Assembly: GCF_036365525.1 (NCBI RefSeq)
Contig: NC_090375.1
Coordinates: 34,281,282-34,345,281, forward strand
Direction of reading: 5' to 3'
Length of the DNA: 64,000 nucleotides
Source of the DNA: Heterodontus francisci
Taxonomy: Eukaryota
In this document: positions 23,921 through 35,940 of the stretch, one piece after another
Numbering within the stretch: position 1 is the first letter of the stretch
Layout: each line of letters starts with the position of its first letter
The notes under the pieces: model-generated
Databases searched by the model: none
Seen by the model: the letters and a program-made list of their open reading frames with translations, nothing else
Told to the model about the DNA's origin: nothing
Position numbers and translations under genes: made by a program

Positions 23921-24270
23921 GCACAGTGGTGCAGTGGTTAGCACCGCAGCCTCACAGCTCCAGGGACCCGGGTTCGATTCCGGGTACTGCCTGTGTGGAG
24001 TTTGCAAGTTCTCCCTGTGTCTGCGTGGGTTTTCTCCGGGTGCTCCGGTTTCCTCCCACAAGCCAAAAGACTTGCAGGTTGATAGGTAAATTGGCCATTA
24101 TAAATTGTCACTAGTATAGGTAGGTGGTAGGGAAATATAGGGACAGGTGGGGATGTTTGGTAGGAATATGGGATTAGTGTGGGATTAGTATAAATGGGTG
24201 GTTGATGTTCGGCACAGACTCGGTGGGCCGAAGGGCCTGTTTCAGTGCTGTATCTCTAATCTAATCTAAA
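23921..24270 (+). mobile_element. HE1-like SINE
   Basis: A/B boxes, body, CR1 tail, ctaat repeats. Confidence 0.92.
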
Positions 24271-24877
24271 AAAAAAAATCTAGATAACCTCACTTTTCCA
24301 CATTATATTCCATCTGCCACGTTCTTGCCCACTCACTAAATCTGTCCAAATCCCCTTGAAGCTGCTTTGCATCTTCCTCACAACAAACATTCCCACCTAG
24401 TTTTGGGTCATTGGCGAACTTGGAAATATTACATTTGGTCCCCACATCCAAATCATTGATATTGTGAAAGATGTTCACATATCTTTCATTTGGAAAAATA
24501 TCCTAAATCAATCTATCTTCCTCAAATTAGCTGTGCTGAAATACATTACTGAAATCTATGGTAAATGGAAACATAAAGTCAAGACCATCAAAACCATAAT
24601 GAGGTTTGCAGGTTAGGCTTGTGACTTCAAATAACAAAAGGAAACGGTCAGCAGTCACCTGCTAACATTGCCAATTTGCAATAACCCAATATAGCTGTTT
24701 CGGCATTTTTCAACATAGCCAAGCGTCATTTCTGTATTGGAGTATCTTCTACAGCTAAATAATTTTGATCAGGAGTCACATGCAATAACACGACCACAAA
24801 ACCTTTGCCCGATTCAAGCTAAAGAGTCACAGGTTTCACAAAGCATCCACCACTTCCTAAATCTTGTTTTCGGTGCA

Positions 24878-25229
24878 GATTAGATTAGATTAGAGATACA
24901 GCACTGAAACAGGCCCTTCGGCCCACCGAGTCTGTGCCGACCATCAACCACCCATTTATACTAATCCTACACTAATCCCGTATTCCTACCAACATCCCCA
25001 CCTGTCCCTGTATTTTCCTACCACCTACCTATACTAGGGGCAATTTATAATGGCCAATTTACCTACCAACCTGCAAGTCTTTTGGCTTGTGGGAGGAAAC
25101 CGGAGCACCCGGAGAAAAGCCACGCAGACACAGGGAGAACTTGCAAACTCCACACAGGCAGTACCCAGAATCGAACCCGGGTCCCTGGAGCGGTGAGGCT
25201 GCGGTGCTAACCACTGCGCCACTGTGCCG
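24878..25229 (-). mobile_element. HE1-like SINE
   Basis: Near-identical reverse complement of 23921-24270. Confidence 0.92.
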
Positions 25230-26183
25230 CATCAAGAAAACCTTAGCATGGCATATTTCATTAGCTGGGTTTATCTGTTCACTTGTAGACCTACTGGACC
25301 ATGTCCCTGGGATTAAATGGAAAAGTGTGCTTTTTTTTGTAAAAAAAAAGGACAAATACAAATTTCAGCTGACAATACATTTATTGGGCTAATTAGTGTC
25401 GAAAGCATTGGTTGAGATTGAATTATGTAACAATTAAGAGATATGGTACAAGATTACGTATTTCAGTTTTTAGAAATTTTGAGCAAGCTGTGGTACTTTG
25501 ACAAGTCAGTTACACAACATCTAGATTCAACTGCAAGCAGTAAACAAAACTCGTCTGGGGCTTTGATTGGTGAATTAAAAGCCTGAACCACAAGAAATGA
25601 ACAAGTTTGAGACCTGAAAACTGATTTTATTGATTAATACGTGCAGAACTTAAATCCAGTCCAGTTAAACAAATTTAGATCATATGCAACAAATAAACAT
25701 ACATCTTACTTGGCCATCACTTGTACTCATCAGGCAATGATTACCAACAACTAAAACGTTGGGTTTTGTAAGTGATTCCTATTGCTTATGAGGTGCAACA
25801 ATGTAACTGGACTTAGTGTATAGGGAAGTTCTTTAATCTACAGTTTTAAAAAAATCAATGTTATGTTCATTAGGGCTGTTTCAGTATTGTGGCAGGGGTG
25901 GAAACCCAACTGGAGATTCAAACAGGGAACTGCAGGAAAGATTGGCATTGATTTGGGAGGCAACACATTCAAGGCTTCAAGAGGCCTCACTTGGTTCCAC
26001 TATAACTCTCTAATTGTGGCCATAGCATCTCTAGCAATACTTCTCTTCCCATCTGCATAGTTATACCTACTCTACATGCTGCTCCTTGTAACTTCCAGAT
26101 TCAAGGTCAGCTTCCTGCATATGCTGACAACATTCCCATCCACCCCTCTCAAACCAGTATGATTGGAAATGAAAGGGTAGAAC

Positions 26184-26498
26184 CACAGTGGCGGAGTGGT
26201 TAGCACTGCAGCCTCACAGCTCCAGGGACCCAGGTTCGATTCTGGGTACTGCCTGTGCGGAGTTTGCAAGTTCTCCCTGTGACCGTGTGGGTTTTCGCCA
26301 GGTGCTCCGGTTTCCTCCCGGAGGAGGAAGACTTGCAGGTGATAGATAAATTGGCTGTTGTAAATTGCCCCTAGTGTAGGTAGGTGGTAGGGAATATGGG
26401 ATTACTGTAGGGTTAGTACAAATGGGTGGTTGTTGGTAGGCACAGACTTGGTGGGCCGAAGGGCTTGTTTCAGTGCTGTATCTCTAAAATAAAATAAA
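26184..26498 (+). mobile_element. HE1-like SINE
   Basis: cacagtggcggagtggttagcac..ggttcgattc..gtgctgtatctctaaaat. Confidence 0.9.
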
Positions 26499-27514
26499 GT
26501 GAGAGCAGGACCATTGAGCGGGAAAACATAGGGGGTGTTGGAGGAGAATGGTGTGGTCAACCACGTTAAAGGTTGCGTGATGTCAAGGAGGGATAATGCA
26601 CTACAACCACATTTACATAGTGTGTTGCATGAAAGGCAGACACAGATCTGGGAGGCGACAATTGCTGAAGGGGAAGTTGGAGGTAGTATGATTATGGATG
26701 GATGGTGGATTTTTTTTTTTTTGAGGGAGTCATTTACACCCAGTTTGAGAAATAGTTAAATAACTTGAGCTGACCACTTTGATGAAGATGGGAACAGAAG
26801 TATTGCTAGAGATGCTATGGCTACAATTATAGCGGACTAAAGAACTGCCCGATACAGTAACTCCAGTTGCATTGTTACACCTCAAACAATAGGAATCTCA
26901 CTTTCAAAACGCAACATATTAGCAGTTGGTAATCATTCCCTGATGAAGGGCACAAGTGATGGCCATACAAAACATACAATTCAAACTACTGAAATGGACC
27001 ATTTCCCCCCCCCCCCCCCCCTCCAAAGAAAAATTGGCACACACTTTTCAGTAAATATGGGAAAATTTACATTACAGGAGATGGGGCCTGCAACATTGCA
27101 CAAAGATTGATAGAATTGTGAGCAGACCTATTATTGGGGTGGTACAATCCAATATGGGATGTACTGAGTTATTTGAACTTAGCTAGAATGGCAGCATGTC
27201 GTTACAATTAATCTATCACTATCCAATAACCCCACGCAGAAGTTGATTTTGGTGAGGTTTGAGCACTGCAAGTCTTCAAACAGCCTGCAAACATAGCCTT
27301 CCTTAGGCTTACATTTGAAGACTATCCAATTGGGCAAGTTAACAGAGGTCACTTCCCAGTAAGCCATATATCCTCAAAGATTGCCATAGGATAAAAAGCA
27401 GTCAACTACAATGTTCAATGTATGTGGAAAAATCAGCAGGCTAAGTTTCACGTAACTCAAAATAGTCATACAACAATCAAATGATGAAATCAGCACTAGA
27501 TTTTACACACATCA

Positions 27515-29590
27515 GTGTCATAAGAGTCGTACAGCATAGAAACAGGCCAGGCCCGTCAGCCCACCACGTCCATGCCGACCATAATGCCCATCTATACTAA
27601 TCCCACCTGCCTGCATTAATTCCATATCCCTCTATGCCTTGCTCATTCAAGTACCTGTCCAGATGCCTCTTAAATGTCACTACTGTACCTGCCTTCACCA
27701 CCTCCTCTGGCAGCTCGTTCCAGATACCCACTATTATGTGGGTGAAAAATTTACCCCTTTGATCCCCTTTAAACCTCCTCCCTCTCACCTTAAATCTATA
27801 CCCTCTAGTTTTAGTCACCCCTACCATGGGAAACGGACTCTGGCTATCTACCCCATCTATGCCTCAATTTTATATACCTCTATCATGTCCCCTCTCAGCC
27901 TCCTTCGCTCCTGGGAAAACAGACCCAGCCTATCCAATCTTTCTTTATAACTCAAGCCCTCCAAACCAGGAAACAACCTTGTGAATCTTTTCTGCACCCT
28001 CTCTAGCTTAATCACATCTTTCCTGTAGCGCGGCAACCAGAACTGCACACAGTACTCCAAATGCGGCCTAACCAGCGTTATGTACAACTGTAACATGACG
28101 TCCCAACTCTTGTACTCAATGCCTCGGCCGATGAAGGCAAGCATGCCATATGCCTCTTCACCACCCTGTCTACCTGCGTTGCCACTTTCAGGGAACTATG
28201 TACTTGCACCCCAAGGTCTCTCTGCTCAACACTCCCCAGAGCCCTGCCATTCACTGTATATGTCCTGCCCTGGTTTAACTTCCCAAAATGCATCACTTCA
28301 CACTTGTCTATGTTAATTCCATTTGCCACTCCCCCAGTTGATCTATATCCTGTTGTAACCTTAGACAACCTTCTTCACTGTCCACTATACCACCAATTTT
28401 GCTGTCATCTGCAAACTTACTAATCATGCCCCTTACATTCACATCCAAGTCATTCATATATATGACAAACAGAGGGCCTGCAGCACACCACTGGTCACCG
28501 GCCTCCAATCTGAAAAACAACCCTCTACCACCCTCTGCCTCCTATCACCGAGCCAATTTTATATCCAATTTGCTAGCTCACCCTGGATCCCATGTGTTTG
28601 AACCTTCTGGACCAGCCTACCATGCAGGACCGTGTCAAAGGCCTTGCTAAAGTCCACGTAGACAACATCCATCGCCCTGCCCTCGTCAATCCTCTTGGTC
28701 ACCTCAAAAAACTCAATCAAATTTGAGAGACATGATTTCCCATGCACAAAGCCGTGCTGACTATCCCTAATTAGACCTTGCCTTTCCAAATGCATATAAA
28801 TCCTGTCTCAGAATCCCTTCCAATAACTTTCCCACCACTGATGCAAAGCTCACCGGCCTGTAGTTCCCTGGCTTACCCCTGCTGCCCTTCTTAAATAAAG
28901 GCACAACATTAGCTATCCTCCAGTCTTCCGGTAGCTCACCCGTGGCTAACAATGATACAAAAATCTCTGCCAGGGCCCCAGCAATCTCCTCCCTTGCTTC
29001 CCATAGCATCCTAGGATACACCTGGTCAGGCCCTGGGGATTTAATCCACTTTAATGCACTTCAAAACCTCCTCCTTTGTAATGTTGATATGCTCCAGGAT
29101 ATTGGTGTTCCCTCCTTTGAACTCACTAGCTTCCATGACCTTCCCCACAGTAAATACAGACGAGAAGTATTCATTTAAGACCTTGCCCATTTCCCGTGGC
29201 TCCACACACATTACCACACGGATCCCTAAGGGGACCTAATCTCTCCCTAGCTACCCTTTTAGTCTTAATATACTTAGAATCTTTTAGGATTCTCCTTTAT
29301 CTTATCTGCCAGGGAAATTTCCTTAAGTGTACTCCTACATCCCCTATACCCCGAGGGACCTGCTTGATCCCAGCTGCCTATACCGGACATATGCCTCCTT
29401 CTTTGTCCTGACCAGACCCTCAACATCCCTAGTCAACCAAGGTTCCTTAAACTTGCCAGTCTTGCAGGAACGTGCCAGCTCTGAACTCTTCCTGCACTAC
29501 CTGCCCGCGCCCACTATTCCGTCTGGTGGTCACCCATCCCTTTTCTGCCTGTGCAGCCATTACCTGCGGTGTGACCACCTCACTAAGTCT
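27515..29590 (-). mobile_element. CR1 (HER1-like), internally deleted, with ORF1 scrap at 5' end
   Basis: RT motifs NYRPVS, SQHGF, DFSKAFD, KFADD; 29470-29590 encodes SEVVTPQV..KGWVTTRR, like ORF1 of the 60438 copy. Confidence 0.9.
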
Positions 29591-30619
29591 CAATGCTTAT
29601 TTTCACAATACGTCAAATTATGATACCAGCCACAAAACAAAAAAAAAAAACTGCTTTAAAAAGAGTAAAAGAGCACATCTAAATTTATAACAGCACTGGA
29701 TTGGACCTCTTGGCCAAATCACATACCTTTCCTCAGCTGAAATGGTTAGACAGTGCTTATCCGATTGAGTATTCAAAACACCAAGTCACCGACTTCAGAA
29801 CATCTTGAAAATTTAAAACAAAGGGGCTGGAAAACAACATTCCACAACACTCAACGTTGGCTAAAATATCAACATTTTCTTGAATATGTTAATATTTATA
29901 AATAACAGGTGCTAGTAGGTTGCTGCAGAACTGTCAACCACCTAAAAAAAAAAGTTTTAGATTGCAACTGGATTAGGCAGTTGTAATGATGATAGACCAA
30001 GAGCTGTGAATGCACTAGAGCTATCAAGTTCTTAATGTTTTCATATATATCAACGCAGGGGTGTAATTGCAAATAAAATCACAGCATTAGGGGCTAGAGG
30101 GGACCATTTTCCTGGGTTCATAGTTAAGACTTTCAAAAAAAAGTATAGAAAAAGTGATCAGAAATACCTCTGTAGTATACACACAATTATGACATTAAAT
30201 TTGTACACTGACCATCTGAAAAACAAATCACAATGAATTCCTTGCTTCTGAATTCACAATCTAACCAGTGCAGTTAGAATCAATCATAAAACACTGTTGC
30301 TTATTGGACAACATTGAAAATGTTGTCCAGGTACACCCTCTTTGCACAAAGACAGGATGACTAACCCAGCCAATTGGTCTTCTCTCAGATTGGAAGAGAG
30401 ACTGTGAGGAGGTGATTGCATTCTACAAGCAGGAGATGGCTGCAGACCTGATCACATTCTTCATGCAGGCCAAGATACAAGAGCTCAAATGTAAATGGGG
30501 TGAGGATAGCAGCCCAGTTTTTGTTTCAGATTCCCAGCATCTGCAGTATTTTGCTCGTCAACTGTACACGCCATTTGTTCTCAGGACATGAGACACAGGC
30601 AAGGCAACTTCGTTACATG

Positions 30620-33365
30620 CGAACATACATACGAATATATGAATTAGGAGCAGGAATAGGCCACTCGGTCCCTCGAGTCTGCTCCGTCATTCAACAAGAT
30701 CATGGCTGATCTGATTGCAACCTCAAATCCACATTCTCACCTTCCCGATAACCTTTTACCCCCCTTGCTCAAGAATTTATCTACTTCTGCCTTAAAATAT
30801 TCAAAACTCTGCTTTCACTGCCTTTTGAGGAAGAGATTCATGACCCTCAAAAAATTTATGATGTCTTAAATGGGAAACCCCTTATAGTTAAGCAGTGACC
30901 CCCCTAGTTCTAGATTCTCCCACAAAAAGAAACATCCTTTCTGCATCCACCCTATCAAGACTCCTCTTACACTTCTAAATTCCAGCAGATACAAGCTTCG
31001 CTTGTCCAACTTTTCCTCACAAGACAACCCACCCATTCCAGGTATTAGTCTAGTAAACCTTCTCTGAACTACTTCCAATGCATTTACATCCATTCTTAAA
31101 ATAAGGTCAATACTGTACACAGCTCCAGATGTGGTCTCACCAATGCCTTGCATAACTGAAGCATAATCTCAATATTTTGAGTTCAATTCCCCCTTGCAAT
31201 AAACAGTAACATTCTATTAGCTTTCCTAATTGCTTGCTGTACCTGCATACTAACTTTTGCGATTCATGCATCAGGACACCCAGATCCCTCTGCATCGCAG
31301 AGCTCTGCAATCTCTCACCATTTAGATAATATGCTTTTTTATTCTTCCTGCCACAATGGACCATTTCACATTTTCCCACAATATACCCCATTGTAACCTC
31401 CTTATGTCCTCTTCACAATTTATTATCCTGCCTATCTTTGTCTCATCAGCAAATTTAGCAACCATACCTGCAGTCCCTTCATCCAAGTCATTTATATAAA
31501 ATGTAAAATGATGCCCCAGCATGCCACTCATTACATCTTGCCAACCCGAAAATGACTCATTTATGCCTACTGTTTCCCATTAGCTAGCTAATCTCTATCC
31601 ATATGTTACCCCCTACACCATGAGTTTTTATTTTCCACAATAACGTTTGATGTAGCAACTTATCAAATCATAGTCATAGAGTCAGAGTGAAACAGCACAA
31701 AAACAGGCCCTTCGACCAATCGTGCCTGTGCCGGCCTTCAAGTAAATATCTATTCTAATCCCATTTTCGAGCACTTAGCCCTTAGCCTTGTTTGCTATAG
31801 CATTTCAAGTGTTCATCTAAATACTTCTCAAATGTTGTGAGGGTTCCTGCCTCTACCACCCCTTCAGGCAGAGTGTTCCAGATTCCAACCAGCCTCTGGG
31901 TGAAAATAATTTCTCAAATCCTCTCTAAACCCCCTGCCTCTTACCTTAAGTCTATGCCCCCAGTTATTGACACCTCCACTAAGGGAAAAAGTTTCTTCCT
32001 AGCTACCCTATCTACGCCCCTCATAATTTTGTATACCTCAAATCAGGTCTCCCCTCATCCTTCTCTGCCCAAGGAAAACAACCCTAGCCTATCTAGTCTC
32101 TCTTCATAGCCGAAATGCTCCAGCCTAGGCAACATCCTGGTGAATCTCCTCCGCACCCTCTCCAGTGCAATCACATCCTTCCTAAAGCGTGGTGACCAGG
32201 ACTGTACACCAGCTGTGGCCTAACTATCGTTTTACACAGTTCCATCATAACTTCCCTGCTCTTACATTCTGTGCCTGGGCTAATAAATGAAAGTATCCCA
32301 TATGCCTTCCTAACCACCTTATCTACCTGTGCTGCTGCCTTCAGTGATCTATGGACAAGTACACCAAGGTCCCCCTGTACTTCCTAGGGTCCTACCATCC
32401 ATTGTATATTCCTTTGCCTGGTTAGTCCTCCCAAAATGCATCACCTCACATTTCTCAGGATTAAATTCCATTTGCCACTGCTCTGCCCATCTTACCAGCC
32501 CATCAATATTGTCCTGTAATCTAAGGCTTTCCTCCTCACTATTTACGACACCAATTTTTGTGTCATCTGCGAACCTACTGATCATACTCCTGCATATCTT
32601 CTAGAAATCTAAGTACAGTACATCCACCGGTTCCCCTTTATCCACAGCACGTTACTTCAAAAAACTCCAATAAATTGGTTAAACATGATTTCCCTTTCAC
32701 AAAACCATGTTGTCTCTTATGGATTACCTTGAATTTTTCTAACTGCCCTGCAATTAGATTTTTTAATAGCTTCTAATATTTTCCCTATGACAGATGTTAA
32801 GCTAACTGGCTTGTAGTTTCCTACTTTCTCTCTTCATTCGCTATTTTCCAATCTAATGGAACCTTCCCCGAATCCAGGGAATTTTGGAAAATTAAAACCA
32901 ACACATCAACTAGCTCACCAGCTACTTCTTTTAAGACCCTAAGGTGAAATCCATCAGGACCCTGGGACTCATCAGCCCGCAACTTCGACAATTTGCTCAA
33001 TATCACTTCCCTGGTGACTAATTTTCCTCGAGTTCCTCCCTCCCTTCCATTTCCTGATTTACAACTACTTCTCAGATGTTACTTGTATCCTCTAGTGAGG
33101 ACCGATGTAAAATACCCATTCAATTCATCTGCCATCTCCTTATTTTCCATTATTAATTCCCCAGACTCACTTTCTATAGGACCAATGCTCACTTTATTAA
33201 CTCTTTAAAAATATCTATAGAAACTCTTACTATCTGCTCTATTTCTAGCTAGCTTTCTCTCGTACTGCAATTTTTCCCTTATTAATCTTAGTCATTCTTT
33301 GCTGTTTTTTTATATTTTGTCCAATCTTCTGACCTACCACCCATCTTTGCACAATTGTATGCTTT
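30620..33365 (-). mobile_element. CR1 with a second CR1 (31669-32595) nested inside
   Basis: Host RT interrupted at ttatcaaat (~31668) and resuming cttctagaaatctaag (~32598); the insert has its own tail and FADD region. Confidence 0.8.
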
Positions 33366-35050
33366 GCCCATCCCTAACTGCTCCAAGGTGGTACTGAGTC
33401 TTCTTTCTGTTGCTATTCTTAGGTTGATAGTGGTTCAAAAGTGATATAAAGCAAACTGTTATGTTCTGGATGATATCAAGCTTCTGTAGTTTTGTTGTGG
33501 CTGCACCCATCCAAGTGAATGATGAATATTCCATCACTTTCTTGATTTGAGCCTTCCTGTGGTGATGGGTCAGGAAGAGATGCAATTGTAATAGATTGTT
33601 ATTAAGCTTCTAGTAAGAATGACACTCAAGATGCAGTGATGCAGGATGTGATGTTGGTACTGTTGCAGGTTGGGGGGAGTGGACACAAAATAGGTGGTCA
33701 CATTTTCCAACACATCACTTATCAGCCCAAGCCTGGATATCATCTCCATCCTTCTACAGGCTGCCAATGGCTGCTTTATGAGTTGCAAGAGGAGCTGACA
33801 CTGAAATGAACAAAACAGCCCTGATCCTAACTTCATGGAGGAAAAGTCATTGAAGATGGTTGGGTCAAGGATACTTCCCTCGCGTGGTGCAATAGTTGGC
33901 ACAGTATTCAGTTTCCATTTGCAACACCTCATCTGATGAAGCAAGATATGAACAACATTCAGACAGGAGTTTATTTATTTATTTAGAGATACAGCACTGA
34001 AACAGGCCCTTCGGCCCACCAACAACCACCCATTTATACTAATCCTACACTAATGCCATATTCCTACCACATCCCCACCTGTCCCTATATTTCCTACCAC
34101 CTACCTATACTAGGGACAATTTATAATGGCCAATTTACCTACCAACCTGCAAGTGTTTTGGCTTGTGGGAGGAAACCGGAGCACCCGGAAGAAACCTACG
34201 CAGACACAGGGAGAACTTGCAAACTCCACACAGGCAGTACCCAGAATTGAACCCAGGTCGCTGGAGCTGTGAGGCTGTGGTACTAACCACTGCGCCGCCC
34301 CAATTGATAAGTAACATTCGCACCATGCAAGTGTCAGGCAATGACCATCTCGCACAAGTGTCTAACCATCTTCCCTTCACATTCAATGGCATTACCATCA
34401 CTAAATTTTCTTCCCACCTAATTAATACTCTTCAGGGGTCACCCCACTGGCCATAAACTTAAATGGAACAATCAAGTATGGTAGCTAGAAAAGCAGGCCA
34501 GAGGTTGGGAATTCTTCAGCAAGTAACTCACCACCTAACTTCCCAAAGCCTTACCCACCATCTACAAGGCACAATTCAGTTCGCCTCCATGAGTGCAGCT
34601 CCAGTAGCACTCTAAGCTCAATGCTATAGGACAAAGCAACCCATTTGATTGGTACCCCATCCAACACCTTAACCATTCATTCCTTCCACCACAGGCATAC
34701 CATGGCTGCAGTGTGTACCATCTACAAGATGTAATGCAGCAACTTACCAAGGCTTCTTTGGCAACACATCTCAAACCCACAACCTTTACCACTTAGAAGG
34801 ACGAGGACAACAGGCACATGGGAATAGCACCACCTGCAAATTCCAAAGTCTCATTCCATCCTGACTTGGACCCACAATCAGCATTCATTCATTACTAGGT
34901 CAAAATCTTGGAACTTCCCAACAGCACTGTGGGTGCACATTCACCACAAGGATTGCAACAGTTCAAGTCAGCAGCTCACTATCTTCAAGGGCAATTAGGA
35001 TGATCAATAAAATACTGTCCTTTCCACGACGCCCACGGGATAATAAAAAG
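33365..35050. mobile_element. Decayed family-B LINE fragments (minus ~33365-33900, plus ~33930-35050)
   Basis: KAQIKKVMEYSSFTWMGAA..; plus-strand gtgtgtaccatctacaagatg and gggcaattagga..caataaaa end. Confidence 0.7.
33971..34300 (-). mobile_element. HE1-like SINE
   Basis: Same consensus; ttta-repeat tail. Confidence 0.9.
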
Positions 35051-35059
35051 TTGCAATAA

Positions 35060-35940
35060 TAAAAAGCAAAATACTGCAGGTGCTGGAAATACTCAACAGG
35101 TTAGGCAGCATCTATGGAGAGAGAAGCAAAGTTAACATTTCAGGTCTGTGACCTTTCATCAGAACTGGCAGAGGTTAGAAAAGTATTAGGTTTTAAGCAA
35201 GTGAAGGGGGTGAGGTGGGGAGAAAGAGAACAAAATGGGGAAGTGTGTGATAGGACAGAGGGCAGGAGAGAATAAATAACAAAAGATGTCACAGGACAAA
35301 GGCAAACAGTGTTAATGGTTGTGGTGAAAAACAAAGCACTAGTCCAGAGAGAGTGTTAACAGCGGAATAATCAGCTCTGTCCAAAAGAACATGAAAAACC
35401 AAGTTTAAGGCAGGAACATAGTTAAAAAAAATTTTAAAAAATTAAAAGCCGGTCATGCTCTGAAATTGTTAAACTCAAATGTTGAATCTGGAAGGCTGTA
35501 GAGTGCCTAATCAAAAGATCAGGTGCTGCTCCTCAAGCTTGCCCACTGGAACAGACCAACAGAAATATGGGCATGAGAGCAGGTTGGCGAGTTGAAATGG
35601 CAAGCAACCAGAAGCTCGGGGTCATGCTTTTGGATTGAGCGAAGGTGTTCTGCAAAGCGGTTACCCAATCTCTGTTTAGTCTCCCCAATGTAGAGGCGAC
35701 TGCATGGAGTGGCAAACACAGCATACTACATTGAAAGAAGTAAATCTCTGCTTCACATGGAAGGAGTGTTTGGGGCCTTGGATGGTGAGGAGAGGGGAGG
35801 CAAGAGGGCGACTGCATGGGAAGATGTCGTGGGAAGGTGACAAGTTGTCAGGGTGATGGAGGAGTGGACCAGGGTGTTGCGGAGGGAACAATCCCTTCAG
35901 AATGCATACAGGGAAGGGAATGATGTGTTTGATGGTGGCA
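35060..35940 (-). mobile_element. Penelope-like element 3' fragment
   Basis: CSRLYIGETKQRLGNRFAEHLRSI..VACHFNS (GIY-YIG); TIQGPKHSFHVKQRFT; pLTR with hammerhead. Confidence 0.88.
35130..35166 (-). ncRNA. Minimal hammerhead ribozyme
   Basis: Minus strand agtt-CTGATGA-a-aggtc(aca)gacct-GAAAT-GTT-aact; one CpG-type change in stem III. Confidence 0.7.

Larger units (their letters stand above)
22120..24465 (-). mobile_element. CR1 fragment split by a family-B LINE and a SINE
   Basis: Segments ~22120-22248, 23291-23918, 24281-24465 are collinear CR1 tail and RT (INDLD..ISKFAND.KLGG; QRDLDVLV..QQAIRKANGML). Confidence 0.85.

Noticed and set aside
26900-27400. Possible coding-like or retroelement remnant
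   Set aside because: No motif I could assign; too degenerate to call.
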